Below, piece after piece: positions 22,054 to 30,879 of a stretch of 64,000 nt of DNA. Both the position numbers and the translations under genes were made by a program. The notes under the pieces are model-generated. The model had not been told where the DNA came from. It was given only the letters and a program-made list of their open reading frames with translations, and did no database searches. The DNA is from an uncultured Chlamydiales bacterium (GTDB lineage Bacteria > Chlamydiota > Chlamydiia > Chlamydiales > JAAKFR01), in contig OY969414.1 of NCBI GenBank assembly GCA_963699155.1, forward strand, positions 747,757 to 811,756, read 5' to 3'. Within the stretch, counting starts at the first letter, position 1; every line of letters begins with the position of its first letter.

Positions 22054-22530
22054 ATGGCAGCTGCAGTCAGTTTACAAAAAGATCAGGCCCAACTCGCTGT
22101 TGTTCAGCAGCAGGCAACAGTTGCTCAGCTAGAACAGAGAATTTCCGTTCTTAGCTCCAATGTAGAGAGGTTAAGGCAAGAACGTGCAGCAGGTTTGACT
22201 GTCTCCGCAGTGGCAGAAGTGGCTTGGAAAGCTGCCGGCCAAAGAAGAAGTGCTTTTATAAAGTTGCATTCCGAAGAGAAAAAGGATGGGCAGAGCTGTT
22301 TAAAAAAATTGAAGAAAGAAGAACAGGATGAATTAGATTATTTAGTGGATGAATGTAGGAAAACAAAGAGAGTCCATTCCACAGCATTGGATATAAACAG
22401 TAAAACAATCTCTGAATTGACTGATGCTGAAAAGGCTTATGTGGCTGAGAATCCCACCACGACCTCGATGTTGATCAGTGAAAGAGCCAAACTAGATGTG
22501 CTGAAACAACAATTGGCTCTCTTTAAGTAA
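22054..22530 (+). CDS. Coiled-coil hypothetical protein, paralog A
   Basis: Shares MAAAVSLQK..AQLAVVQQQ, RISVLSSN and C-terminal QLALFK with the next gene. Confidence 0.85.
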   Translation: MAAAVSLQKDQAQLAVVQQQATVAQLEQRISVLSSNVERLRQERAAGLTVSAVAEVAWKAAGQRRSAFIKLHSEEKKDGQSCLKKLKKEEQDELDYLVDECRKTKRVHSTALDINSKTISELTDAEKAYVAENPTTTSMLISERAKLDVLKQQLALFK

Positions 22531-22561
22531 GAGTTGCAAACCCTAAACTAGGAAAATACCT

Positions 22562-23035
22562 ATGGCAGCAGCAGTCAGTTTACAAAAAGCCCATGCCCAA
22601 TTGGCCGTCGTTCAGCAGCAAGAAAAAGTCAATGCTCTTCAAGGCAGAATTTCCGTTCTTTCGTCGAATATAGATAGGTTGACTCAGGAACGTGCAGTTG
22701 CACGACAAGCCGTAGATGCCGCAGCAGTGATCAAGAGCGCTGCCTACCGAAGCAAAAAAACTTTTATCGATGCCCATTCCGCAAAGAGGTATGGGTGTAC
22801 CTATTTGAAAAAGTTGAAAGATGAAGAACAGCAGCAGTTAAATCAGCTAAATGGTAACTTCATACAGGCGGTAAAGGCATGGCGCAAGTTTGTGGATCAA
22901 CAAGCTAACATAGTTATTGCATTGGGTGATGCCGTCAGGACTTCTGATGCAGAAACTCCCACTGCAGTCTCAGCTTTGAATATCGAACGAGCTCGACTAG
23001 AAGTGCTGAGAAACCAGTTAGCGCTTTTTAAATAA
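22562..23035 (+). CDS. Coiled-coil hypothetical protein, paralog B
   Basis: Tandem paralog of 22054..22530. Confidence 0.85.
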   Translation: MAAAVSLQKAHAQLAVVQQQEKVNALQGRISVLSSNIDRLTQERAVARQAVDAAAVIKSAAYRSKKTFIDAHSAKRYGCTYLKKLKDEEQQQLNQLNGNFIQAVKAWRKFVDQQANIVIALGDAVRTSDAETPTAVSALNIERARLEVLRNQLALFK

Positions 23036-23066
23036 TCGAGGACAAAGAACCCTCATGCCCCCATCA

Positions 23067-23154
23067 GGAGGAGTGTCCGAGCGGCCGAAGGAGCACGCTT
23101 GGAAAGCGTGTATACGCTAACCCCGTATCGTGGGTTCGAATCCCACCTCCTCCG
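23067..23154 (+). tRNA. tRNA-Ser (GGA)
   Basis: GGAGGAG/CTCCTCC acceptor stem, CACGC-TTGGAAA-GCGTG anticodon arm, long variable arm, GGTTCGAATCC. Confidence 0.97.
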
Positions 23155-23162
23155 ACAGGAAG

Positions 23163-23188
23163 ACCGGCGTATGCCGGTTTTTCTTTTT
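23163..23188 (+). terminator. Rho-independent terminator after tRNA-Ser
   Basis: ACCGGC-GTAT-GCCGGT followed by a T tract. Confidence 0.8.
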
Positions 23189-23273
23189 ACGGAGGAGAGC
23201 GAGTGAAGAGGTTCACTCGCGAGTGGGTTTCGAAGGGTTGAGCGATGCCGCACGGCAGCGCGCCTAACGGCGT

Positions 23274-23375
23274 GGCCCCGCTCTGCCTGGTGCTGGTTAA
23301 ACCGTGAGGTAGTGAGAGTATTTATGTTTTCATATTGCAGGAGTAATGCCTCGCCACTCCTGCCTGCGAACGGGG
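23274..23375 (-). repeat. Diverged inverted copy of the 112-bp repeat unit
   Basis: Reverse complement CCCCGTTCGCAGGCAGGAGTGGCGAGGCATTACTCCTGCAATATGAA...TTAACCAGCACCAGGCAGAGCGGGGCC aligns to the 8566 unit. Confidence 0.9.
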
Positions 23376-23441
23376 AACCCCGGGCGGGGAGCTCACCGAA
23401 ACTTCGCAACGACTCAGCCTAGACGAAGAGGCGCCGTAAGT

Positions 23442-23506
23442 CTGCAAAATGACATCTCTAATGTCATTTTGAGTCTCAAAGTGACATTAGAGATGTCATT
23501 TTGCAG
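23442..23506. repeat. 65-bp near-perfect palindrome with nested internal palindromes
   Basis: 32-bp arms with 1 mismatch and a 1-nt centre; each arm contains CAAA(A/G)TGACAT-N5-ATGTCATTTTG. Confidence 0.95.
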
Positions 23507-23674
23507 GTTTTAGGGAGAACTCTTTTTGCCAGGTGTCGAGCTCTTTGCTTCATTACGGCCATTTTTGCGAGAATTTTGGCCGTATTGGACGAATACGGCC
23601 ATTATTTGGCCGTAAAAATTTATTGGTTCTTAACGGGGTTTTGATAAAATCGACCTTCAAAGGTAGGTATTTTT

Positions 23675-24578
23675 ATGAGTATGGCTATTTCTGGGGATGG
23701 TAGGAGGCCTGTAGCAGGGGAGCCTGTTAGCTGTTGGAGTATCAGCCAGATTACACTGTTTGTGGCGGGGCTGCTGGCCATGGTGGGATCTGGGGTGATG
23801 TATCACTATGGGATCAACGCCATCGCTGTGTATGGTGTGGGTGGCGCTGGTGGAGTGCTGGCAGTGGGGGATAATTGTTCATAGTGTTGTGAAAGATTGC
23901 TGGAAGAGGGGTGTAGAGAAGCAGCCGGAACCTCCTGCTCAAGAAGCCGTTGATCCCTTTGATGCCTACAGGAAAACCGAAGAAAGAGAGAGGGCTTTGG
24001 CACGGCGCAGACTGGATGAAGCTCTGCCCAAATTTCAAGCTGGGGAGTTGAATAAAGATCAACAATCGCAGCTTTTAGGTGATGCAGCCTCGGTGGGAGA
24101 TAAGGATGCGGTGAGGGCATGCTTGAATGGAGGGGTTATACCACGACTAGCAGATCTGTTCGGCGCCATTGATACGACCAAAGGAGATGCTCTCGCTGTT
24201 GTGCAGCTGATTCTAATGAAGAGTTTCTCTTTAGTTAATGCGCAGGCGAAATATACGGGCTCCACTCCTTTACATTATGCCATGGAATTTCTCTATGATA
24301 GGCCTGAGAGGCAGGCTCAAATGGTCCAGCTGCTTGTGGATTATGGAGCCTCGGTTTACCTTCTCAATGAGAGGGGAGTAACCCCATTGAATCTTGGACT
24401 AGGTTTTGGAGGGGATAATCCGGTCGATGCGATTCTCATTCTCTCAAGGGAGGGAGCGATTGGTAGTTTGTCGCTTTTAGAAGCAGAGATGAACCAAAGA
24501 TGGAGAGAAGCTCCTGCAAACCAGGAAAAGATCGCAGAAATCAAGAGACTTTGGAAGGCTAATCCAGATGTCGATTAG
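23675..24578 (+). pseudogene. Membrane-anchored ankyrin-repeat protein split by a frameshift in a G5 run
   Basis: ORFs 23675..23884 and 23808..24578 fuse if one G is removed from 23866..23870; ankyrin motifs GSTPLHYAM, LLVDYGA, GVTPL. Confidence 0.75.
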
Positions 24579-25896
24579 TGAAGTTCACAGCCACCAACGA
24601 TTCACTGAGATTGAGCCAGTAGATCTGGGTGTCAGGCAGATATGTGATGTGGTCACGACGCTGGCGGTGGGGATATTGCTGCTGGTGGCGGTGAGCTTAT
24701 CGATCTACTACGCTGTCCGGCCTGTAGCTCCAATGATTCAGTTCACGGCTGACTTCTCACTTTCGTTGCCTCTTCTTATTTGTGGAGGGATTGGGGTGGG
24801 GCTTCTGGTCGTTCTTGTCATCCAACTGATCCGATTTAAACCAGTGAAGCTGGCATTTAGAGAAACTGTCGTGAAGCTGACGATAGGAGTCCCTTCTTGG
24901 AGAGAGAGGGTCATGAATGACCATACGGCAGCTCGTCCTCAGGGAGAGACAGTTGCTCAATTCGAAGAACAAATGAAAAAAGAGAGAGCAACCGATAAAA
25001 AATTGGGAGAGGAGCTCGATGTTTTTTATGCACTTTTTAATGGCTATTCTTACCCTACACGTGATGGTGTGAAGATCTCCTTCTATGAAAACAAAACTCA
25101 ACACGAGGGTCCCCTAGTCATCTATTTTCACTCGACCTATGGAACTGTGCTCAAACATTTTAGAGGGGAATATTGGAGCATGTTTTATGAAAGGCATGGA
25201 TTCAATGTGATGATGGTAGAATATCGTGGGTATGATCAGAGTGAAGGAGAAGCTGCTGGCCCCAATCAGGAGCTGAACGCTTACCTCGATGCAGAGGCGG
25301 CGTGGGTCTGTGCACGAGAATATGGTTATTCTAATCAGCAAATCATCGCTCATGGCTCCCACGTTGGCTGCAACTATGCGACCGCTTTAGCCTATTTTTT
25401 TGGAGTGGAACATCTCATCTTAGAAGAACCCTATACAAGTATAGCCGATTTCATTAGCAATCAGACTATATTAGATAGAGAGACCTCCTCGGGGATCGTG
25501 AGAAGCTCTTCTGATCAAATCTCTTTAGAGCGAAACCAGGAGTGGCCTGAAGCCCGCCCTCTAGTGGCCGACGGTTTCGATAATTTGAACAAGATCACTC
25601 ATTGCCTGAGCCGTCTCTTTGTCATTGCCAATCAAAAAGATAAATTTTTTCCTGCTCATTTTTCTGAGGCTATAATAAGAGCCAAATATCCTTTCCAGCC
25701 TGACGAACAAAAGAAGTGTTTGGTTCTGAGTGAGAAGACGAAGGACTTTTTCCGCGATGCTGAGGCCTATGTCAAATTCTTCCAATTTTTATTTGAAGGG
25801 GGGCTGATCGAAGAGGCTCCTGTCGAAACGGGCAAGTCCGATCAAGAGATGCTCAATCAGCCATTTCAACGCCCTCATGCTATCTCAATTGTTTAA
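24568..25896 (+). CDS. TM-anchored alpha/beta hydrolase-fold protein, catalytic motif degenerate
   Basis: VIYFH, FNVMMVEYRGYDQSEG, YLDAEAAW, IIAHGSHVG, LILEEPYTSI; two N-terminal TM segments. Confidence 0.8.
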   Translation: MSISEVHSHQRFTEIEPVDLGVRQICDVVTTLAVGILLLVAVSLSIYYAVRPVAPMIQFTADFSLSLPLLICGGIGVGLLVVLVIQLIRFKPVKLAFRETVVKLTIGVPSWRERVMNDHTAARPQGETVAQFEEQMKKERATDKKLGEELDVFYALFNGYSYPTRDGVKISFYENKTQHEGPLVIYFHSTYGTVLKHFRGEYWSMFYERHGFNVMMVEYRGYDQSEGEAAGPNQELNAYLDAEAAWVCAREYGYSNQQIIAHGSHVGCNYATALAYFFGVEHLILEEPYTSIADFISNQTILDRETSSGIVRSSSDQISLERNQEWPEARPLVADGFDNLNKITHCLSRLFVIANQKDKFFPAHFSEAIIRAKYPFQPDEQKKCLVLSEKTKDFFRDAEAYVKFFQFLFEGGLIEEAPVETGKSDQEMLNQPFQRPHAISIV

Positions 25897-25937
25897 AAGA
25901 TTGTCACTAAAATCTAATTAGATTAAAATATTCTGCT

Positions 25938-27287
25938 ATGTTTCAGTCTATAATCCACTTATTGTCGAAAGTCGATGAGCTTTTTTGGGGCTACTTCGCC
26001 TTTATGCTGATCATGATTTTCGGCCTCTTTCTCTCCTACAAATCGGGTTTCATTCAAATCCGCGGCTTACCTGGGATTGTTAAGACTTTTTTCCACTATT
26101 TAGGTGTCAAAGGGGATGGTGCGCGAGGTGTACATCCCTTAAAGGCTTTTTTTGCCTCCACAGGGGGCATGATCGGTATCGGCAATGTCGTGGGTATCGT
26201 GACAGCGATCCAGATTGGAGGCCCTGGTGCCCTGCTCTGGGTCTGGATAGCTGGAGTGATCGGCGCCATTGTGAAATATAGTGAAATCTACCTCGGTTTC
26301 AAATTTCGAGTCGAGAATGGCGAAGGGGGGTATGATGGCGGCCCCATGTATTTTTTACGTAAGGCCTTTAAAGCCAGGTGGGTTCCATTGGCTGTCGCCT
26401 TTCTGCTCTGCATTTATGGCGTTGAGATCTATCAGTTTTCGGTTATCACAGAAAGCATCACGACCAATTGGCACTTCCCGCGTGCAGCAGTTGTTGGAGT
26501 CCTTTTAGTTTCCGTCTTTTATGCAGCTGTTGGCGGTGTGCAACGGATTGGCAAAATCTGTAGTTGGGTGATGCCGATCTTCCTTCTCGTCTATGTCCTG
26601 ATCGGTTTCTGGGTCCTTTTCCATGAGATCGACATGATTCCCGAGCTGTTGGTCACCGTGTTCACCTCGGCTTTCAATGGCCATGCAGCTATCGGAGGTT
26701 TTGCTGGAGCGGGTGTCCTCGTCGCGATTCAACATGGCATTTCCAGAGCTGCCTACTCCTCCGATATCGGCATTGGATATGATTCGATCATCCAGAGCGA
26801 GTCGAGCTCCGTCCATCCCGAAAGACAATCGAGACTCGCGATTTTAGGGGTCTTGATTGATAATAGCATCTGCACTGTCAGCATGCTGATCGTCCTCATT
26901 TCAGGGGTTTGGAAAGCTGAGCCTGCCTACCTAGGTTCTCAGCTTGTTCAGGAGGGCTTAAGTCAATATATCCCTTACATGCAATATTTTATCCCACTCT
27001 TCTTCATCGTGACTGGTTATACGACCATCATTGCCTACTTTGCTGTCGGGATCAAATGTGCCCGTTATCTTGCACCCCATTGGGGAAAAAAGGTCTATCT
27101 TTTGTATGCCCTTGGGGCTTTCATTTTCTTTTCCTATATTCCTCAAAGTCACGCACTTTTGGTAATGTCTGTCTCAGGTGCTCTCCTCTTGATCACCAAT
27201 CTTTCAGGTATTTTCCGCTTGCGTCATGAAATTAAATTTTCAGAAGCGGAACAATATGAATTATTTCAAAATCAAAAAACAATTTGA
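25938..27287 (+). CDS. Alanine/glycine:cation symporter (AGCS family)
   Basis: IGIGNVVG, GGPGALLWVW, GGPMYFL. Confidence 0.93.
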   Translation: MFQSIIHLLSKVDELFWGYFAFMLIMIFGLFLSYKSGFIQIRGLPGIVKTFFHYLGVKGDGARGVHPLKAFFASTGGMIGIGNVVGIVTAIQIGGPGALLWVWIAGVIGAIVKYSEIYLGFKFRVENGEGGYDGGPMYFLRKAFKARWVPLAVAFLLCIYGVEIYQFSVITESITTNWHFPRAAVVGVLLVSVFYAAVGGVQRIGKICSWVMPIFLLVYVLIGFWVLFHEIDMIPELLVTVFTSAFNGHAAIGGFAGAGVLVAIQHGISRAAYSSDIGIGYDSIIQSESSSVHPERQSRLAILGVLIDNSICTVSMLIVLISGVWKAEPAYLGSQLVQEGLSQYIPYMQYFIPLFFIVTGYTTIIAYFAVGIKCARYLAPHWGKKVYLLYALGAFIFFSYIPQSHALLVMSVSGALLLITNLSGIFRLRHEIKFSEAEQYELFQNQKTI

Positions 27288-27352
27288 AATTAATTCATTT
27301 ACAAATTAATTAGCATACTAAATAATTAAAAATATAATTTAACGGTGGTGCT

Positions 27353-27691
27353 ATGGCTACTTCTTGGCTTATTGCAATTAGTGTGGGTGTTATTGCGATT
27401 GCATTTATCATTCTCGTCATCTTTCTCATTCTGACCCTGCATTCGTTGCAGCGCACGATTGAGAATGTGGATCAAAAGGTAAAGAATTTCGATCCCCTCT
27501 TGCGCGTTGTCAATCAGGCCGGGACTGTCATCGAAAAAAAGGCCACAAAAATAAAACAACTATCTGAAGAAGCTGAAGAGGAAATAGAGACTCAAAAAGC
27601 GCGTTCGGCCAATACCGTGATGGAAGTGGCGGAATGGGCGCTGATTGGTTTCACTCTTTGGGATAGAATCAGACACAAGAAATGGAGATAA
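27353..27691 (+). CDS. DUF948-like membrane-anchored coiled-coil protein
   Basis: IAIAFIILVIFLI TM segment then coiled coil; adjacent to a YtxH-like gene. Confidence 0.7.
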   Translation: MATSWLIAISVGVIAIAFIILVIFLILTLHSLQRTIENVDQKVKNFDPLLRVVNQAGTVIEKKATKIKQLSEEAEEEIETQKARSANTVMEVAEWALIGFTLWDRIRHKKWR

Positions 27692-27695
27692 AATT

Positions 27696-27947
27696 ATGTC
27701 ACGCAATTCAACGGGTAAAGGTTTTGCATGGGGTGCGATTTTTGGTGGAATCGTTGGCGGATTAACGGCTCTGCTCTATGCTCCCAAAACAGGAGATAAA
27801 CTCCGAAAAGAACTGGGCGATAAATGTTGCGATGTTTCTGATAAAGCCTGTGATCTTTTCGATGATGTCTGTGATCAGGCAGCCGATCTCGCAGCAAAAG
27901 CAAAAAACATTGCTTGCAAAGCCAAAAGAATTTCGAGAAGAGATTAG
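27696..27947 (+). CDS. YtxH-domain protein
   Basis: FAWGAIFGGIVGGLTALLYAPKTGDKLR motif. Confidence 0.85.
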   Translation: MSRNSTGKGFAWGAIFGGIVGGLTALLYAPKTGDKLRKELGDKCCDVSDKACDLFDDVCDQAADLAAKAKNIACKAKRISRRD

Positions 27948-28069
27948 GCCTCTAGATGGCTTCTGAGAAGCTATGGCTGTTTTGGGAAGCGGAGCTGTTA
28001 AATTCTCATTGACGAAATGTTTATAAGGTAAATAAAATTTTGCCTTTAGAACATTAACAGGAGAAAATA

Positions 28070-28453
28070 ATGGCTACCCCACCACCTGGCGCAACTGGCT
28101 TTTCAGCCTCTACACCGACACCCCATTCCCTCGCATCCTCATTTTCAAAGAGTGGACCTGCTGTCCATGCTAAATCAACTCCAGTAGGAGGGAAGAGTCA
28201 GATGCCGAGCAGCATCGTCATCAATACCTTCGTGAATTGCTGCGCGCTCCAAACCTCCGACTGGCGCCGCATCATTGCGGTGGTTACCCTCATTATCTCA
28301 GCCGCTCTCGTCGCATTCTTAGCCTGTTATGCAGCGGGCATCTTCCATTTTGAGAAATTTATTGGACCTATCGGTTCGAGCGTCTCGCTCTCAGGCGCAG
28401 GATTGATCTTCGTTCTGTCGACCACATCGCTCGTATTGAGTTTTAAGAGATAA
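28070..28453 (+). CDS. Inc-like membrane protein
   Basis: Ser/Pro/Thr-rich N-terminus without signal peptide, C-terminal bilobed hydrophobic domain; AGGAG SD. Confidence 0.6.
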   Translation: MATPPPGATGFSASTPTPHSLASSFSKSGPAVHAKSTPVGGKSQMPSSIVINTFVNCCALQTSDWRRIIAVVTLIISAALVAFLACYAAGIFHFEKFIGPIGSSVSLSGAGLIFVLSTTSLVLSFKR

Positions 28454-28506
28454 AAAAAGAGCCTCTGCTGCAGTGGAAAAAAGAGCCTCTGCTGCATTTT
28501 GGGAGG

Positions 28507-29127
28507 CTAAAACCAGACGCCGACGCCGGCACCGAAGGTCAGTCCACTGATGTCGACACACGAGGGGATCACATCACTCTCTTTGACCTTAAAATTGGAC
28601 TTGTCGAAATGTTTGAGCGAGTAGTCGACGAAGAAATCGATGATCACAAACCGCAGGGGATGGAAGAGGGCGCCTACTGAAAAGACCCCTCCAAGCCCCT
28701 GTGCACGGTCGATGCGCTTGGAAAACTCATCTTTTGTATCGAGACGGAGCCAAAAGTACTTCAAACCGATGCTGCCATAAGCTTGTACACAGCACGGGAG
28801 TGAATGGAGATATTTTATTCCGCCAGCAGCCGGAATAATCTTGATCTGACAATCTTGGATGCCGACTGCACTTTGTCCTCGCGAATGGAGGTAGTTCCCA
28901 CTTGCCCAAACAAAAAGGCCACGCCACCAGTTACGGCAAGAACGACTGAAAGGTGAATAGGAAAGCTCGCCTTGATAATTGGCCCACCCATCAGGAAAAA
29001 TCTGTCTGAGAATGTCATTCGTTGGCCTGAAATAGCCTGCTTTAAATTCTGCAATATACTCATCAGCCTGTAAGGAGGGGGCGAAAAGCAAGATTAAAAA
29101 GAAAAACACAGAAACTGTCATTCTCAT
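28507..29127 (-). CDS. Outer-membrane beta-barrel protein
   Basis: Signal peptide, alternating beta strands, C-terminal GVGVWF. Confidence 0.75.
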   Translation of the reverse strand: MRMTVSVFFFLILLFAPSLQADEYIAEFKAGYFRPTNDILRQIFPDGWANYQGELSYSPFSRSCRNWWRGLFVWASGNYLHSRGQSAVGIQDCQIKIIPAAGGIKYLHSLPCCVQAYGSIGLKYFWLRLDTKDEFSKRIDRAQGLGGVFSVGALFHPLRFVIIDFFVDYSLKHFDKSNFKVKESDVIPSCVDISGLTFGAGVGVWF

Positions 29128-30650
29128 AGGATTCGTTTTACCGTATGGCTCTCAATATTGTCTACATTTACGATCGACAGTTCATAGTTGACAGGGTCAA
29201 AGGGGCAACGATAGTCCGTATACTGCAATGTGTGAGCCGGTAAAATCGTTTGAATGACGCCATTTCTGCGGATGATGTACCCCATGACATTGGGGCTTTC
29301 CGCATGGCTCCATATGAGGTAGCCATGATTAATTTTACGAGAGGGATAGCGCACCTCTACCTTTTCTCCCTTAAAATAGTCGGGGGGAAGCAGGTAATTC
29401 CCGATAGCATACATGAGTCGACCTTGATAAAGAAGAGCGAGTAGGACATTTCCAAACGCATCACTGGAGAAGTCATAGGAATGAAGCTGCATGTATTTAT
29501 CGAGAGAGATGGGAGGTATCCACCCTTTATCATAGTGGACAAGCTGCAACATGCGATTGTTGAGCCAACCAAAATTAAGTTTCCCTAAAGGATCAGAGAT
29601 CGATTTGATATGCTCAACATGCTTTTCACTCTGGGTCAATTGCTGAATGGAAAACCATTGGTTATTCTCAATATCGACCTCAGCGAGATAGAGCCCATGT
29701 TGTGGCCCCTGGTTCCTGTTCCAGAAGAGTTGGATTTTGTTGGGATTTTTACCAAATTGAGGTTTTGAGCCCCCCTCTTCTCGTTCACTGACATAGGACC
29801 ACTGATTTTTCTGTGCGAGGTAGCGGACATATTGAAGATAATGGACACTCTGTTTGGAACTTTTCTTCTCCCAGATCAGAACCATATTATTGGCTGGGTC
29901 GACTGCAACATCGGGATGAGTGAGAAGGGTCTCTGTCCAGTCATAGCCAAAATTGATGGGCGTCCCCCATAAATAGTGAAGACGATGAAAGCTGACCGCT
30001 TGGATAAATGTTTGGCTGGGTGACTCTTTCTCTTTTGTCAGATGTGCCTCCCACGCTACGAGGCCTATACCTTGTGCATTCATCGAAATTTTTGGACGAC
30101 TACAGGTAAAGCCGACAGTAGAAATATCTGAAATCGGAGACCATGTTTGAACCATTTCGGAATAAAAAATGCCTTGGATGAGCTTTTCCAAACCATTCCA
30201 GGCAACCCAGACAATGGCTAGATTTCCCTCTGCATCAAATATGGATTCAATATTTTCTACGGCAAAGGGGAGATTTAAGAAGAAGGGGCTTGACCAAACC
30301 CCAGCAAGATAGCGGGAAAGTCCCAAGCTATTAGATTCTGCATCATACCAGAGAACGCCCCCTTTGCTCTGGTCATTGAAATAGCTGGCTAAGATCGTGA
30401 TAGCGCCCGTTTGAGTGCCGATCCCTATAGGAGGTGTCCACTGTTTTTCGACGAAGTGGTAGATTGAAGAGAGAATGCGATTCTCCTGCTTTTGGTGCCA
30501 GACCAGCAGGCCGCGGCTCGTTCGGTTGACTGAGACTTTCATGGAGCTTGTTTCTGACGATGAAGGCACCTGCATGATGGGCGACCATTGCAAGGCAGAG
30601 TGAGCTACTGTAGAAAAGAGGCAGAAGAATACTAAAAAAAATCTCGCCAT
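29124..30650 (-). CDS. Secreted beta-rich repeat protein with FnIII-like C-terminus
   Basis: Signal peptide; repeated W-S/T-P...I/L..D..GN..vW units; C-terminal LIWS...GYIIRRNG...YTD...YELS. Confidence 0.55.
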   Translation of the reverse strand: MARFFLVFFCLFSTVAHSALQWSPIMQVPSSSETSSMKVSVNRTSRGLLVWHQKQENRILSSIYHFVEKQWTPPIGIGTQTGAITILASYFNDQSKGGVLWYDAESNSLGLSRYLAGVWSSPFFLNLPFAVENIESIFDAEGNLAIVWVAWNGLEKLIQGIFYSEMVQTWSPISDISTVGFTCSRPKISMNAQGIGLVAWEAHLTKEKESPSQTFIQAVSFHRLHYLWGTPINFGYDWTETLLTHPDVAVDPANNMVLIWEKKSSKQSVHYLQYVRYLAQKNQWSYVSEREEGGSKPQFGKNPNKIQLFWNRNQGPQHGLYLAEVDIENNQWFSIQQLTQSEKHVEHIKSISDPLGKLNFGWLNNRMLQLVHYDKGWIPPISLDKYMQLHSYDFSSDAFGNVLLALLYQGRLMYAIGNYLLPPDYFKGEKVEVRYPSRKINHGYLIWSHAESPNVMGYIIRRNGVIQTILPAHTLQYTDYRCPFDPVNYELSIVNVDNIESHTVKRIL

Positions 30651-30720
30651 AAAACATCCCTTGAAGCACGAAGAGATATTTTTTAAAGAAAATTTAAACT
30701 AAATGCAAGTCTTTTTGATA

Positions 30721-30879
30721 ACTCGGCTTTGTACAATTTTTGGACGAAGATGCTGAAAGAGGCAAAATCCAGCGTAATGAATTACACAGGAAGGGTATAA
30801 TTTACCCTTCCGAAGAAATTCATTTAGCTGGATGAAGCATCTTTCAGCAGATGAGTTCAAAAATTGTACAAAGCCGAGT
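30721..30879. mobile_element. 159-bp palindromic MITE/RPE-like element
   Basis: Perfect 22-bp terminal inverted repeats ACTCGGCTTTGTACAATTTTTG plus four further nested stems. Confidence 0.7.

Noticed and set aside
21810..22154. Alternative-frame ORF suggesting a frameshift in 21731..22045
   Set aside because: It overlaps the next real gene by about 100 bp and lacks a clear SD or slippage site; the 21731 frame fits the gene spacing better.
23053..23409. 118-aa minus-strand ORF
   Set aside because: Antisense to tRNA-Ser and runs through the repeat element.
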